Assembly: GCF_006345805.1 (NCBI RefSeq)
Contig: NC_043022.1
Location: 12,462,001 to 12,526,000 of the forward strand
DNA from: Octopus sinensis
Taxonomy: Eukaryota
Direction: 5' to 3'
Length of the DNA: 64,000 nucleotides
Translations under genes and position numbers: made by a program
Shown here: positions 13,138 through 27,939 of the stretch, in pieces
How positions within the stretch are numbered: the first letter of the stretch is position 1
Layout of the letters: each line of letters starts with the position of its first letter
The notes under the pieces: generated by a model
Told to the model about the DNA's origin: nothing
Databases searched by the model: none
What the model saw: the letters and a program-made list of their open reading frames with translations, nothing else

Positions 13138-13871
13138 TGAGAGGGTACCCAAAAGTAACTGGAAACATTCTCTGTGAGACAAACCTGTTGTAGTTCAGGC
13201 TTCCACTGCTAGAAGCCGCTTGATGCAACCTTCTGGCATCAGTCTGTTGACTGGCAGTGTCAGGTGATGTCGTACTGCCAAGTGGTGCATCTTTGTTTTG
13301 CAGTGCTTCTCCCCTGTTCATTAATTTTTGCAATGGCTGAAATGAAGGAACAGTGTGCTTTCATGAAATTGTATTTTCTACCGGGGAAAACTGACCAAAA
13401 CAATTGTCATGCTTCAAACAGCTTACAAGGCCACTGTGATGAGCAAAACACAAGTTTGTGAGTGCTTTCCATGCTTTAGAAATGGTCACTTGTCGTTTGA
13501 GGACAAACCTTGTTCAGGACAACAATCAACCTCCCAAATGAATGAAAACATCATGAAAATACATGAAATGATCTTGGAAGGCTGTCACTAAACAACTGAC
13601 AAACTCAATTATGTGTCCCGGAGCCCCCGCCAAAGAATTTTGAGTGAGGAATTGCATATGAAAAGAGTTGCAGCAAAATTTGTGCCGGGCTTGCTCACAG
13701 AAGATCAAAACCAGTTACAACTGAATGTGTGTCATGAACTGAAAGAACAGTTGGAAGTTGATCCAGACCTTTTTCAAAGGTCATCACTGGTGACGAAAGC
13801 TGGTGCTATGGAATTTGCAGATGTGGAAGAGGTGACAAAAAAAATTCCAGTTTCTTTTGGGTAGCCCCTCG
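13138..13871 (+). mobile_element. Internally deleted mariner transposon with decayed transposase
   Basis: TA flanks (13136-37, 13872-73); ~28-bp TIRs (gag.gggtacccaaaagtaactggaa / ttccagtttcttttgggtagcccctcg); frameshifted MAEMKEQ..., LQTAYK..MSKTQVCE.F..FRNG..S.EDKP.SG, MKRVAAKFVP.LLT, VITGDESWCY. Confidence 0.88.
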
Positions 13872-15550
13872 TACATGAGTGGTTAACAGATTCACTTCCC
13901 AGTCATGTCATTTGGGGTTCAGTCTCTCTCTGTGGCACTTCAGGTGAGTGAATGTGGTAGACGGAAACTGAATGAAGCTAGTTGTGTATGTGTGTCTATG
14001 TGCGGGGTTTATATGTATATAGATGTGCATATATGTGGTATGAGTCAGTGTGTGTGTGCATGTGTGTGTTGGAGTATTGGTTTGAGTTCGTGGATGTGTG
14101 TGGGGGTGTGTACTCCCTTGTCTTGACATCATACAATAGTTGTAAATGAGCTAACAGTGTCATTCATTTTTAATATTTCATATAAACATATTGGGCCATG
14201 AAGAACTATTATCTTGCTTGGAAACAGATGGGGGATGGTGACATGAATGGCCCAACCATCTGTAGAAAATCCATCTCCTCAAATTCTGCCTGAACCGTAC
14301 AAATGTGTTGAAATGACAATGATAACAATAATAATGATGATGATGAATTTCAGATTTCCTAAACCCCTTTGTTGCTTGGATGATTTGAGAAATAATAGAA
14401 AGAATTACTTTAAACATGAAATTACAATGAAGTGGAATAGAAAGGAAATATTGCCAATATTGTCAAGTAAGAATTTGCCAGAGTGTATTGGCAGTGGAAG
14501 AAAGTTTAAATTGAATTAAGGCAAGTGGCTGTTCATAGATGTGTGTTATATAACTTGAAAAGAATTAGTAAATCATGAGAAACATCACCTGCCTCTTGCT
14601 GCTGATTCTTGTCTTATCTTCTTCACTTATATCCATTCTTCAATTCAAATCTAAAGAATTCTTCAAAATTTTAATTTTTTTCTTTTACTTCATTTTTGTT
14701 TGTACATTTCTAGTGTGGTTGAAATTCTAAATGAAATATCTCATAGAATAATGATACAACACAGAATGAACTGGAATGTCTTTTATTGATTTACAAAGAG
14801 CCACATATGATGAAGTAGATATGGAGTTGGATCAGTAAAGGGTGAGGTCTGCAACTAGTTTCTTGGTCATAGGTTAGGTCCAGCAATGATACAATGTGTC
14901 TGTGCATGCAAGATACTGAACTTTCAACTAATGCAGTCTGCTTTTGAATGAATAGAAAATATGAAGAATTAAACCCCACCTCCTCTTCAAACCATTGGTA
15001 CAATATAAATCAAACTCCTAAAAATAGCAGGTAGCCACGCTAGCAAGAAAGAATGGACATAAACACAAATAAAGGAACAGTCATGCTGTGTGGTTAGAAA
15101 GTTTGTTTCCCAACCACTTAGTCTTAGATTCCTTTGTGCATCTTCTACTATAGCCCCAGGTGGACCAGAGCCTTGTGAATGGATTTGGTAGATGGAAACT
15201 GAAAGAAGTCTGTTGTATATATCACCATCATTTTAACATTTACTTTTCCGTGCTTGCATGAGTTGGACAGGGTTTCTTTCTATCACCCATACTCATCAGT
15301 GGTCGCTTATCCCAAGTTAGGCAAAATATTTACCCATGGCCAGACACTTTTTCTTTGATAGGAAATGAATGACATAGCTTGTATGACAGTGACAATTATT
15401 TTACAACTATCAAACAATGTCAAAACAAAGAAATACAAACATGTATGCAAGAGGCAATGAAAATTTTAGAAAAATAAAGAAGGAAATGAGTGGAAATTTT
15501 ACCAGTGAGTGTGTTAAATTATAAGAGAATGACTCTCCCCAGACACAAGA

Positions 15551-15588
<38 letters not shown>

Positions 15589-16207
15589 TGGTCAGGAGAA
15601 ATTAGTTGCCTCCATAAGCTCAAGGAGATTGGTGAGATGGATACCACTGATGCTCAGTTTGAACATCTCTGATAACTCCTCTACAAGAAAAATGTAGACG
15701 AGAAGCATATTTCAAAGGGACTAATTTGTGCAGAGTCTGGGCAGTGGGAACAAATACAGTTTAGAAGATGAAAGGAAGAAAGATGGGTGTGTCAAGTACT
15801 TCATCGTTCATGCACTGTAACATTACACATCCAGTGGAACCAGTTTGTTTAACCTACCGTGCCGGTGGCACATAAAAAGCACCAACCGATCATGGCCACT
15901 GCCAGCCTCCCCTGGCACCTGTGCTGGTGGCACGTAAAAAGCACCCACTACACTCACGGACTGGTTGGCGTTAGGAAGGGCATCCGGCTGTAGAAACACT
16001 GCCAGATCAGACTGGAGTCTGGTGCAGCCTCCTGGCTTCCCAGACCCCGCTCAAGCCGTCCAACCCATGCTAGCATGGAAAACGGCCGTTAAACGACGAC
16101 TTCATTCAGTTTCCATCTACAAAATCCACTCACAAGGTTTTGGTGGCCTGGAGTTATAGTTGAATACCACATGGTTGAGCAGCAAACTTCTTACTACGCA
16201 GCCATGC

Positions 16208-16239
<32 letters not shown>

Positions 16240-16626
16240 CATCACCATTTAATATCTATTTTCCATGCTGGCAATCAGTTAGATAAAGTAGAGAACAAAC
16301 TTACTCCATTTATCTTCATCAGAGCTAAATGGTACTTGTTGCAAGAGAGAAAATTTTACCCAAAAAGTTATATATATATACATATGTGTGTGTGTGTGTG
16401 TTTAACATCCACTTTCCATGATGGTATGGGTTCGATGGCTTGGTAGCAACTGCCAAGCTGCAAGGTTGTGTCATTTTTCATATTATTTCTATGGCTGGAT
16501 GCCCTTCCTAATGCCAACCACTTTGCAGAGTGTACCGGATGCTTTTTTTCATGGCACCAAAGCAGGTGAGGTCGTCTTATAACTTGCAAGACAAAAGAGA
16601 ATGAAAAGAGGAAAAAGAAGAAGCTA

Positions 16627-16980
16627 GGTGCAGGCATGGCTGTGTAGTAAGAAGCTTGCTTCCCAACCACATGGTTCTGGGTTCTGTCCCACTCCATGGC
16701 ACCTTGGGCAAGTGTCATCTACTATAGCCTCGAGCCAACCAAAGCCTTGTGAGTGGATTTAGTAGATGGAAACTGAAAGAAGCCTGTCGTGTATGCCCCC
16801 CACCATTGCTTGATATATGATGTTGGTGTGTTTACATCATCATAACTTAGCAGTTTGCCAAAAGAAACTGATAAAATAAGTACCAGGTTTACAATGAATA
16901 AGTCCAGGGGTCGATTTCTTCTATTAAAAGGTGGTGCGCCAGCATGGCCTCAATCAAATGACTGAAACGTAAAAGAATAA
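16627..16980 (+). mobile_element. SINE family B copy
   Basis: tRNA-like head, tcccact.c.tggcaccttgggcaagtgtc central domain, gactgaaac..gtaaaaga tail. Other copies near 22545-22850, 25720-26050, 56555-56939(-), 60493-60899(-). Confidence 0.82.
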
Positions 16981-17317
16981 AATATATATATATATATATA
17001 TATATATAAGACTGGCTTCCTTCATCATTTCTGATAAGTGAAGCTTCTCTTATGATGATAATGTTTCTATGTGATCATTTAGAGGTTGCATATCCTTGGC
17101 TTTTTGCACATTCCATCAGCTAATTTTGAACAGTATGGTTATTATGTAATTCTGAGCTCCCAGAAACAGCTGTTGAGTTAAAAATACTATGCATTCTCTC
17201 CTGTATTTTTTATGCTCTATGTGTATGTAAATTTATTTATACATAGGTTTTTATCCCCTGAGTATATTTAGTCTTTTGTATCTAAACAATTATATTTAGA
17301 AGTATCTAAATATTTTT

Positions 17318-17700
<383 letters not shown>

Positions 17701-17902
17701 TGTATTTACACATATAGTTTTATATATTTATACATAAACACAGAAGGTATTATCAGAACATTTCCTGATTGCATATACCGGATTGTATTTCAGTGGAAAT
17801 GCATGTGCAATGGTGGTGGTGGTGATGGTGGTAGGTGGTAGAAGCAGTAGCAGCATCAGTATTATTATTATTATTATTATTATATTATTATTATTATTAT
17901 TA

Positions 17903-17980
<78 letters not shown>

Positions 17981-18659
17981 GTAGTAGTAGTAGTAGTAGT
18001 AGTTTATCTACTCATCCTTTAGAAAACAGCAAAACCCTTAAAACAAAACAAAATGCTAAAGAGAAGCAACTGTTGTTGTTGTTGTTGCTGTTGTTGCCAT
18101 TGTTAGATAAATGAAAGTGTTTCTACTGAGAAATGGTAATTCCTGCATTGTTTGACTCCCCCCTCACCCATTCCACCCATTCCACCCATTCCACCCATTC
18201 CACCACCACCCTCCCGGTTAAAAGCTGCCGATTTAAATCTCAGTTTGTTCTCGGTATTTCTTCAAGGAATCCCATTAAGCTGCTTTTACTCCAGCATTTA
18301 TCCAATCATGCAACATGTCGTCTGCAAATTGAGAATTTGGCAGATCCGATACCAACATAAATTGTTTCCATTCCACAACTTAAACTTGTCATTGCTAAAA
18401 ATAATGACTCTTATGGATTGCATTTGACACATCTTTCTCTCTCTCTCTTCTTACGCATATGCACACGCATGCATAAACATACATGCACACACACATGTGT
18501 GTGTGTGTGTGTATAGATATATGTGTCCGTATATGCGTAAGAGGATCATAGAGTGCTCCATTTATTCATACACATGCACATACATACGTGGTCATGTATA
18601 AATGCACATATTTATATATACATATATACATCCGTGTGTGTGCTTTGTGTTTACGTATA

Positions 18660-19070
18660 TAGTGTGTGTGTGTATATATATGTATATATAGTGTATATAT
18701 ATATGTATATATAGTGTATATATATATATGTATATATAGTGTATATATATATATGTATATATAGTGTATATATATATATGTATATATAGTGTATATATAT
18801 ATATTATATATATATGTATATATAGTATATATATATATGTATATATAGTGTATATATATATATATGTATATATAGTGTATATATATATATGTATATATAG
18901 TGTAATATATATATATGTATATATATATGTATAGTGTATATATATATATGTATAAATAGTGTATATATATATATGTTATATAGTGTATATATATATATAT
19001 GTATATAGTGTATATATATATAGTATATATATATATTATATATATGTATAGTGTATATATATAAAACATA
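18660..19070. repeat. AT-rich minisatellite (tatatagtgtatatatatatg)n
   Basis: Direct inspection. Confidence 0.9.
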
Positions 19071-19235
19071 CTCACATATTCATACATATGTGTGTGTGTA
19101 TGCATATATTTATGTGTGTATATGTCTGTATATGCATAAATAGATCATTCTATTCCTCTTTCAGCTCCACCTCAGTGATGACCATGCATTGTTGGTCCTC
19201 TCCCCTGGCATCTCATAACCATTCCTTTCATCTAT

Positions 19236-19282
<47 letters not shown>

Positions 19283-20230
19283 AGTCAAACTGTTGCACTG
19301 CCCTCTTTCCTTCATTCTTAACAAGTGCTTAGTAGTAGTAGTAGTAGTAGTGGCAGTAGCAGCAGCAGCAGTATTTTTGATAATATTAAATAGCTGGGGG
19401 TTTTTTTGTGTTTGCAGAGTAATACATGTTTTGCTGCTATTTATTCTTGGTAATCCTCATGTAGCATTTAAATGTATTTGCTAAATTGACACCCTTTTTT
19501 TTTTAGTATGAAATAAAACAATGTGTTGTGGATCATCTATTCCCACTTTTTTTTAAAACCCCACCCATCCTTCACTGCCACCTCAACAAGCACTGAATAT
19601 GTTTTCCCCTGCCCCCAGCAACTTTTAGCTGCCCTTTTCTTTTGTATAGGCTTGATGTATTCATATGTATGTGTGTGTAGGTAAATGCATATATGAGTAT
19701 ATATGGGTATGTGTATAATGTGTATATATGCATTATATATGGGTATTGATATGTCTTAACGAAGGGAAATTTTATGTAAGAGATGAAATTCCCTTTTTAT
19801 CTATTGTGCAATAATCTGAAACGCACATATTAAATGCATTCGAAATATCATGACTTCATTATGTGTGTGTGTGTATGTTTATATTCTGGTTGGCATACTG
19901 ATATTTGTATATATGTTTATGTGCAGATCCATATGTTAGTCATGTATACATGTGAGGCTGCTTATATATATAAAAACATATGTGAAGTTGCATGTGTGCA
20001 CACTTACACTCAACATTGATGCTCCTCTCTCCTCTGCTAGCAGGTGCTTGAACCTGAATATTTGACAAGATTGAGGAAAAGTGTAATTGATTGAGCAATA
20101 AACACCTGTTGCACATGATATGTCCAAGGATTCACTCTCTGCAGACAAGTATTTGCAAGCAATTTCTTTTCAGAAACTTAAAACAATATCCTTAATCCCC
20201 ATCACATCTTTCTGATGTCCCAATCCTTAA

Positions 20231-20451
20231 CCCTTTAGTGTTCGCATTATTCCACCAAAATTAATGCTTCTTCATCCACATTGTTTTGAATTGATCATGC
20301 ATTTTCTTGTAACTATGAGATTTTGATGAGGTAGCTGTTAATTTTTTAAAAGATATTGTAGGGTTGGTCTGAGAGACTAGATCTGGCCAGTTTGAACGTA
20401 AAACAGGCAGAATGCTTTTGGCCGGATATGGCCGGTTTAAATGCTAAAGGG
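20231..20451 (+). mobile_element. piggyBac-type MITE family 1
   Basis: TTAA at 20227-30 and 20452-55; TIR CCCTTTAG/CTAAAGGG. Confidence 0.85.
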
Positions 20452-21871
20452 TTAAGGCCTCCATGGTCAATGTTAACACAATGAAAGGCTAGTCCAGTGA
20501 GATTGTTCAACACCAATTCCCGTCTCAAATCATATACCACTCTCACAAACCTACCTACTCATTCACACTTTCTGTTCCTCTCTTCCCATTGTCTCTCTCT
20601 GATGCATCTTGTACCTTGTGGATATGACCTCTCTCTTTCTTTTGAAACTAGGGAAGCCATGTATTGTTCTCTTCAACAAGATGCTCATTCCCATCCCTCC
20701 ATCATACATTCTCCTCTTTCAAACTGTTCACCATTTACTTGAGGAGGTGTTGTTTTGCAAGTATTTGGTGGCCTTACTAGTCTTAGTGTCAGGAAAACAG
20801 CATTCATTACACCCTGTAAAACGATTGGCATTGAGAAGGGCATCCAACAGTAGAAACCAAAGCAGGCAGGAGAGCTCGGCATAGACCTTTGGCTCATTAG
20901 TTCCAGTAAAACCATCCAACCCATGCCAGCATGGAGAAAGGGACGTTAAATGAGGATGAGAATGATATAAATAGACAAGTGTGTGTATGTATGTGTGTGT
21001 AAACTATTAACTAAAGCCATATTTTGCAATTCAATACACATACACACACACACATACACTCACACACACACACATAGATATACATATATACATACACACA
21101 TATATACAAATACATACATCATACATACACACACACACATACACACAAATACATACATCATACATACACACACACACACATGTATATCTGCATGTATGAA
21201 TATATACACACACTGTTACTGCTTGGTTTACTAATATATTATTTCCATGTTTCTACCACCACCACCACCACCACCATCACCATCAGCTCCACAACCACCA
21301 CCACCACCACAAACAGAAGCACACAACAGACCAACCATCTTCTAAGTGAACATTTACAAGACATTAGATGGATAACAGAGATTTATTTTGCTCTAGCACC
21401 ATCTCATTTATTATCTTTATTTGACATTTATTTATCTAATTTTGCTAGGGTTGCCGGACTCTCACTTTATTTTCCTCCTGTGTGGTTTGCATATACAAAC
21501 ATTAACACACTTCCACACACACACCTCTAGAGACATAACAGTAAAAAAATGTCAGGTGTAAAACAGCTATGAGCCATACACAGACTCCTCCACTACACTA
21601 GCTACAAAAAATTTGCATGCACCACATAAAATATCCCTGGAAGAACATTACGTACAATAAATGAGAGCTTGGGACAAAGCGCTCTATATTGACCCTTGGG
21701 GATCTAGATGGCTATTGAACGGTCAGTGAACATCTTAAATGATTGACTTTGAAACATTTCACAATAAATATTCTAATACAATATGACTGAATTTTCAGAA
21801 TTCTTTATCAATTTCAGTAACTTTTTTCATTACTTTTCTTTAGATAAGTACAGGCATGTCTGTGTGATTAA

Positions 21872-22085
21872 CCCTTTAGCGTTCGAATTAATATGTCAAA
21901 AGTAATCTTTATTCATTTACATTTTAAAAAATTAATCTGGTATTATCTTGTAGCTTCAAGATTTGAAAGATGTAATTGTTTATTTTTAGAATGACATTGC
22001 AGGGTAGGTGTGAGATACTGGTTCTGGCCAGTTTGAGCATAAAATGAGTAGAATATTTGTTATAGCCGGTTTAAACACTAAAGGG
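21872..22085 (+). mobile_element. piggyBac-type MITE family 1 inserted in the head of a SINE-B
   Basis: TTAA flanks and CCCTTTAG/CTAAAGGG TIR; flanks rejoin to a SINE-B head. Confidence 0.85.
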
Positions 22086-22619
22086 TTAAGAAGCTCACTC
22101 TGCACCCATGTGGTTTGAGGTGCAATTCTACTGCATGGTACCACGAGTAATTGCCTTTTACTGTAGCTTCAGGTTGATCAATGCTTTGTGAGTGAATGTC
22201 ATAGAAGGAAACTGCATGGAAGCCTTTTATATATCTGTGTGTGTGTTTGTGTTTGTCTCCACCCACTTGACAACCATCATTGGTTTGTTTACATTCCCAT
22301 AACTTAACGGTTCAGCAAAAGAGACTGATAGAATGAGTAACCGACTTAAAATAAGTACTGTAGTCAATTGGTTCAGTTGAATCCATATAAGTGGTTATGT
22401 TCTAATTTTGAATTCTGCCAAGGTCAACTTTGCCTTTCATCCTTTTAGGGTTGATAAAATAAGTACCAGTTGAGCACTAGGGTCAATGTAATTGACTTAC
22501 TCCTCCCCTAAAATTGCTGTCCTTGTGCTAAAATTTGAAACTACTATAGCCTCAGGCTGGTCAAAGCCTTGTGAGTGGATTTGGTAGACGGAAACTGAAA
22601 GAAGCCCATCGTATATATG

Positions 22620-22650
<31 letters not shown>

Positions 22651-24117
22651 ATATATGTTTGTGTGTCTGTGTTTGTCCTCCCAACATCGCTTGACAACTG
22701 ATGCTGGTGTGTTTACATCCCCATAACTTTGCAGTTCAGCAAAAGAGACCAATAGAATAAGTACTAGGCTTACAAAGAATAAGTCCTGGGGTTGATTTGC
22801 TCGACTAAAGATGGTGCTCCATCATGGCCACAGTCAAATGACTGAAACAAGAGTATACATGCAAACACAGACATTGCCATGTGGTACCCAAGTTGGCCTT
22901 GCAGGCATACATTTCCAGGTTCATTCCTACTGCTCAGCACCTTGGACAGGTTTTTCTACTCTCCACAATCCCTCCTTGAATATTATCACATTGATTTCTA
23001 ACATCAGCATAGAAATCACACATTTCAGGCTAGTGGTGGCTGGGTGGAATAAACAGGACCGAAGTAATTAACATGTTCGTTATTTCATCGCCCCCACCCC
23101 ACCACCACCACCACCCCTTCACCTTCATCAATCCTTGGCATAATTCAAACACTACCAACTTATATTAACTTTGCTATTAACTTTTGCATTGTTTTCCATC
23201 CATCTCAATGACTATATGCTGATGTGGTTGTATATGCTCCAGCATGGCCACTGTCAAATGACTGAAACAAGTAAAAGAGTAAAGGAGTTATAAGAATCTT
23301 TATGTTGCTTTTGTTTAGCCCAAGGTCATCTCCTCCGAACCAAGCCTGTGATCAGAGAGGTGCTCCAAACTTGGTCTTCTCTTGAGCACTGCATAGCTAT
23401 GACTACGTTATACAAAGTCTCCTCCTATTTTCAAGATGGTATAGCGTTTTGAGGGAGATTTTAATATTTCTTTGATCCAACATGTGAAACAACAGACTTC
23501 TGGAGATCATGTTTCTAGAAGTTAATGTTGTTGTTTTACAGCATCAGGACTTCTTTGGTAGATGATACTGATGACCAAAGGCATTCCAACTGTAGCAATT
23601 TCTTTAGAGTACTTTAATCCATATAACAATGTAATATACTCCTGAAATGAAATATATGTTAATAGGAGTATATAGGATTATATTCTCTAATGTGTATCAT
23701 TAAGATAGAAGGATATGTAATTTGAGAAATATGTGGCTGCAGTTTCTAGCAGCTTGAGTGATCAGATAGCATCTCCCTCACTGGATTGTATGAATCTTTA
23801 TAGATCCCTGACCCAGTCTGAGACTAGTGTGTGAACCATAAATTGGTTTATCTGGTTTGTCTTTAATAACCGAAGATGGCACAGAAGCTATTGTTCCCAT
23901 TTCTATTTTATAAATAATGAAATATGTAAAAGATTATAATTAAATCGTCTATTTGTATTGTGTATGGAAGAATACAGAAAGTATTTATAGCACACAACTT
24001 GTGTATGTGTATATGTGTGTGTGTGTAAAAGTATATAAGCATCTGTGCAGCATGTATGTGTATTTATAGTATGAATACATTAAGTATTCAATATATATAT
24101 ATTGGCTGCTATGAATA

Positions 24118-24176
<59 letters not shown>

Positions 24177-26677
24177 GTATGTATGTATGCATGCATGTAT
24201 GTATATATGTATGTATGCATGTACATATGTATGTATATACGTATGTATTTATGTATCCATATATATGTATATACATATAAATATATATGTTAGTGCATGT
24301 ATATGCATATATATATATATGTATGTATATATATATATATATATACATATATGTTTTGTATATCTCTATTGTTGTTGTTGTTATTTTTATTATTACTATT
24401 GTGATTCTAAATCCAGTCCTGATAATTCATTTTTCTTATTTTTGGAAAAATTTCTTTTGATAATTCTTTGAATGGATGAACGACCTCTGACCTCTTCCCT
24501 CCTCCTATCACTTTCCAGTCTGTGGCTTGCTTCGTGGAACGCTTTTAGGTGTGTCTATATTTGTGTCCGCATGTGGTGGTGTGTGAGTGTTTAGCAGCTA
24601 GGTTATACGCTTGCTTGCAGGTGTATATGTGTGTGCAGGTGTGCATAGGTGCGTGTCTGTCTCTTCTGTTTTTGTGCACCTGCACCCCTACCTCCCTCTC
24701 TCTTCCTCTCTCTCTCTCTCCCTCCCTCTCTCTCTCAATTTGTTCAATTGTCAGCTATTGACCCGCTTATACTTGTTTCCTCTCTGTTCTCTCTCCTTTA
24801 CTCTTTGTCTCCCTTTTCTTTCTCTTTTACATCCTTCTTTTCTCTTTTTCTCTTTGTCTCCCCTCCTTTTCTCTCTCCTTTTCTCTCTCTCTCTCTCCAC
24901 ATCCTTTCCTTTCCCTTTTCTCTTTCTCCTTTCTTTTTATTTCTTCCTCCCCATCTTTCTCTCTTCCTCCCCATCTATTTCACTCTCCCCCTCTTTCTAA
25001 TCTGACTTACGACTGATATTTGTGTGTACATGTGCATGTTCGTCCATGTGTGTGTACTTTATACATTTCTCTTCGCACAAGCCCTATGTTCTTCTGCTTT
25101 TCTTATATTGACCCCAGTCAAAAGGTGGCTTGTAAATTTATCCACTTACATGCCGCAGTCTTCCCAACATCATAGTGGTATGTCTTTGTAGAGAACAGCA
25201 ACCAAATATCTAAGCCAAGATTTGAAAGCGAATCCACATTTTGCCACAAGTCATTGGCCTATTGTTCTCAGCTGTTGCACAGAGAGATTTATGAGAATAA
25301 GCTGACCCCTTAGTCTTTCTCAAGTCATTCATTGGTCAAAACTGATTAGATAGGAGAAAGGACGAGAAGTGATAGAGACACTAGCTACCAAATATCTAAG
25401 CCAAGATTTGAAAGCAAATCCACAGTTTGCCTCAAGACATCGGCCTATTATTCTAGCCTTTTGCACCAAGAGGTCAGATTATTCTCATAAATTTCTGAGT
25501 GCAACAAGTTAGAACAATAAGCCAAAGACTTGTGCAAAATGTGAATTTGCTTTTGAATCTTCACTTAGGTATTTGGTAGCTGTTCTCCATATCTTTATCT
25601 ATTATCCAGAGTGGCAACTTCAGAGTAGTAGGCCACTGGATTGGCCGGAATAAACTATTACACTTTTCTATGGCATTAAGTATGTTTACTCTCATTCATT
25701 ATAACCAACAAACAAACATATGTACGTGTATGCAAATTTGCTTCTCGACCATGTGGTCTTGGGTTCAATCCTACTGTGAGGGACTTTGGGCAAGCGTCTT
25801 CTACTATAACCACAGGCTGATGAAGTTGTGTGTGTGTGTGTTTGTCTTTACATTTGTATATTTCCTTACCACTGTTTGACAAATGATATTGGTTTGTTTG
25901 TGTCTCTGTAACTTAGTAGTTCAGCAAAATCAGACTGATAGAATATGTACCAGGCTTTAAAAATATGAGTGCTGCAGTTGATTTGTTCAATTAAACCCTT
26001 TGAGGCAGTGCTCCATCATGGCTGACATTCGAAGACTGGAACAAGTAAACAGTGGTGATGGATCTCTATAATTTGACAACGGGGATTCAGTTCTTTGATG
26101 GTTTGAATTACCTCTTCCTGACTTAACCTTTAAGTGGCTGAGTATTCCACAGACTTGTGTACCTTTAGATTTATTCTCAGGTAGAATTGTTGTAACACAC
26201 TGTAGCAAGGTTGTACTTTTTGAATAACAGGTTCAAATCACTCAAGAGACTTCTATATAATTTCCATCTACCCAAATTCACTCACAGAGTATCTTATTTC
26301 TTTATTGCCCACAAGGGGATAAACACAGAGGGGACAAACAAGGACAGACAAAGGGATTAAGTCGATTACATCAACCCCAATGTGTAACTGGTACCTAATT
26401 TATCGACCCCGAAAGGATGAAAGGAAAAGTCGACTTTGATGGAATTTGAACTCAGAATGTAACGGCAGACGAAATACCGCTAAGCATTTCACCCAGTGTG
26501 CTAATGTTTCTGCCAGCTTGCCATCCTTAAATCACAAAGTATCTATCCAAGATGGACAGTGGAATTGAACCTAGTACCTCATGGTTTTAAAGTAAACTTG
26601 TTAACCATTTAGCTATACTGCATTTACTGAATCCTTTATCTTTCACTTAGAAAGGAATGGCTGCTGCTACAACTCAA

Positions 26678-27283
26678 ACCTTTAACATTCAGATTACTCT
26701 GTCCAATGTAACACTTATTTATATTGTTTATGAATTAATTATCTCATAGCTTTGAGATTTCCATGATTCTTTTACTCTTTTACTTGTTTCAGTCATTTGA
26801 CTGCAGCCATGCTGGAGCACCGCCTTTAGTCAAGCAAATCGACCCCGGGACTTAGTCTTTGTAAGCTCAGTACTTATTCTATCGGTCTCTTTTGCCGAAC
26901 CGCTAAGTGACGGGGACGTAAACACACCAGCATCAGTTGTCAAGCAATGCTAGGGGGACAAACACAGACATACAAACACACACACATATATATATATATA
27001 CATATATACGACAGGCTTCTTTCAGTTTCTGTCTACCAAATCCATTGGTCGGCCCGGGGCTATAGCAGAAGACACTTGACCAAGATGCCACGCAGTGGGA
27101 CTGAACCCGGAACCATGTGGTTGGTAAGCAAGCTACTTACCACACAGCCACTCCTGCGCCTGATTGTTTATTTTTAGAATGGCACTATAGGCTAAGTGTG
27201 AGAGGACAGATCTGGTTGGTTTGAGCATAGAGCAGGTGGAATATTTGGGCCAGATATTTGGGCCTGTTTAAGTGCTAAAGAGT
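26678..27283 (+). mobile_element. piggyBac-type MITE family 1 (degenerate) interrupted by a SINE-B at 26769-27160(-)
   Basis: MITE halves match 20231-20451; SINE flanked by tgatt duplication. Confidence 0.75.
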
Positions 27284-27826
27284 TAAAGAACCAAAGATTT
27301 TGTTTTTAGGATATAATTCAAAGGATCAACATTTGATTATGAAGAAATGGTTGTCTCAATTAATCTGTAAACTAGGTTGATATTTCTCAGCAAAATGGCT
27401 GAAGGGACAAATCCTTTCAGGAAATGATCCATATGCTAATAGCAAATACAGAGTACAGTGTCACATATGTAATGTAGTGGGTTGATATATTTAGATTAAC
27501 TGGGATTATCCTCGTAATTAGCTGGTATTAACTGTGTTGACCCCCTCGAATGCTACTCCTGAAGAGAAGCTTTGTCTTCTAATCGATTTCACCATTTTCC
27601 CTCTATTTCTCTTTATATACTTGATCACTTCCAATTCTAGTCAAGTGTAATGGGTGTGCTTCACTGGTGGTTATTTAACAAGGTTGAAACACATCAGACA
27701 CATACCAGGCTTGGGTACACAAGTGTGCTGTTTTGCTTCCTCACTTTTCTATCACCCACTTATGGACACACACTCCAGCCTCTAGTCCACAGGAATGCTG
27801 TCTCCTCTCTCCCTCTCTCTCTCTCT

Positions 27827-27891
<65 letters not shown>

Positions 27892-27939
27892 ACACACAAA
27901 CTAACTGTTGTTGACACTACGGCAGAAATTGAATTCACC

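Noticed and set aside
18290-18400. Minus-strand 'DLPNSQFADD' resembling an RT YADD motif
   Set aside because: Spacing to other RT motifs is wrong and the surrounding frame is closed.
25150-25271. Minus-strand segment with good acceptor and gtaagt donor
   Set aside because: Stops in all three frames, and it is part of the triplicated module, so it is not a coding exon.
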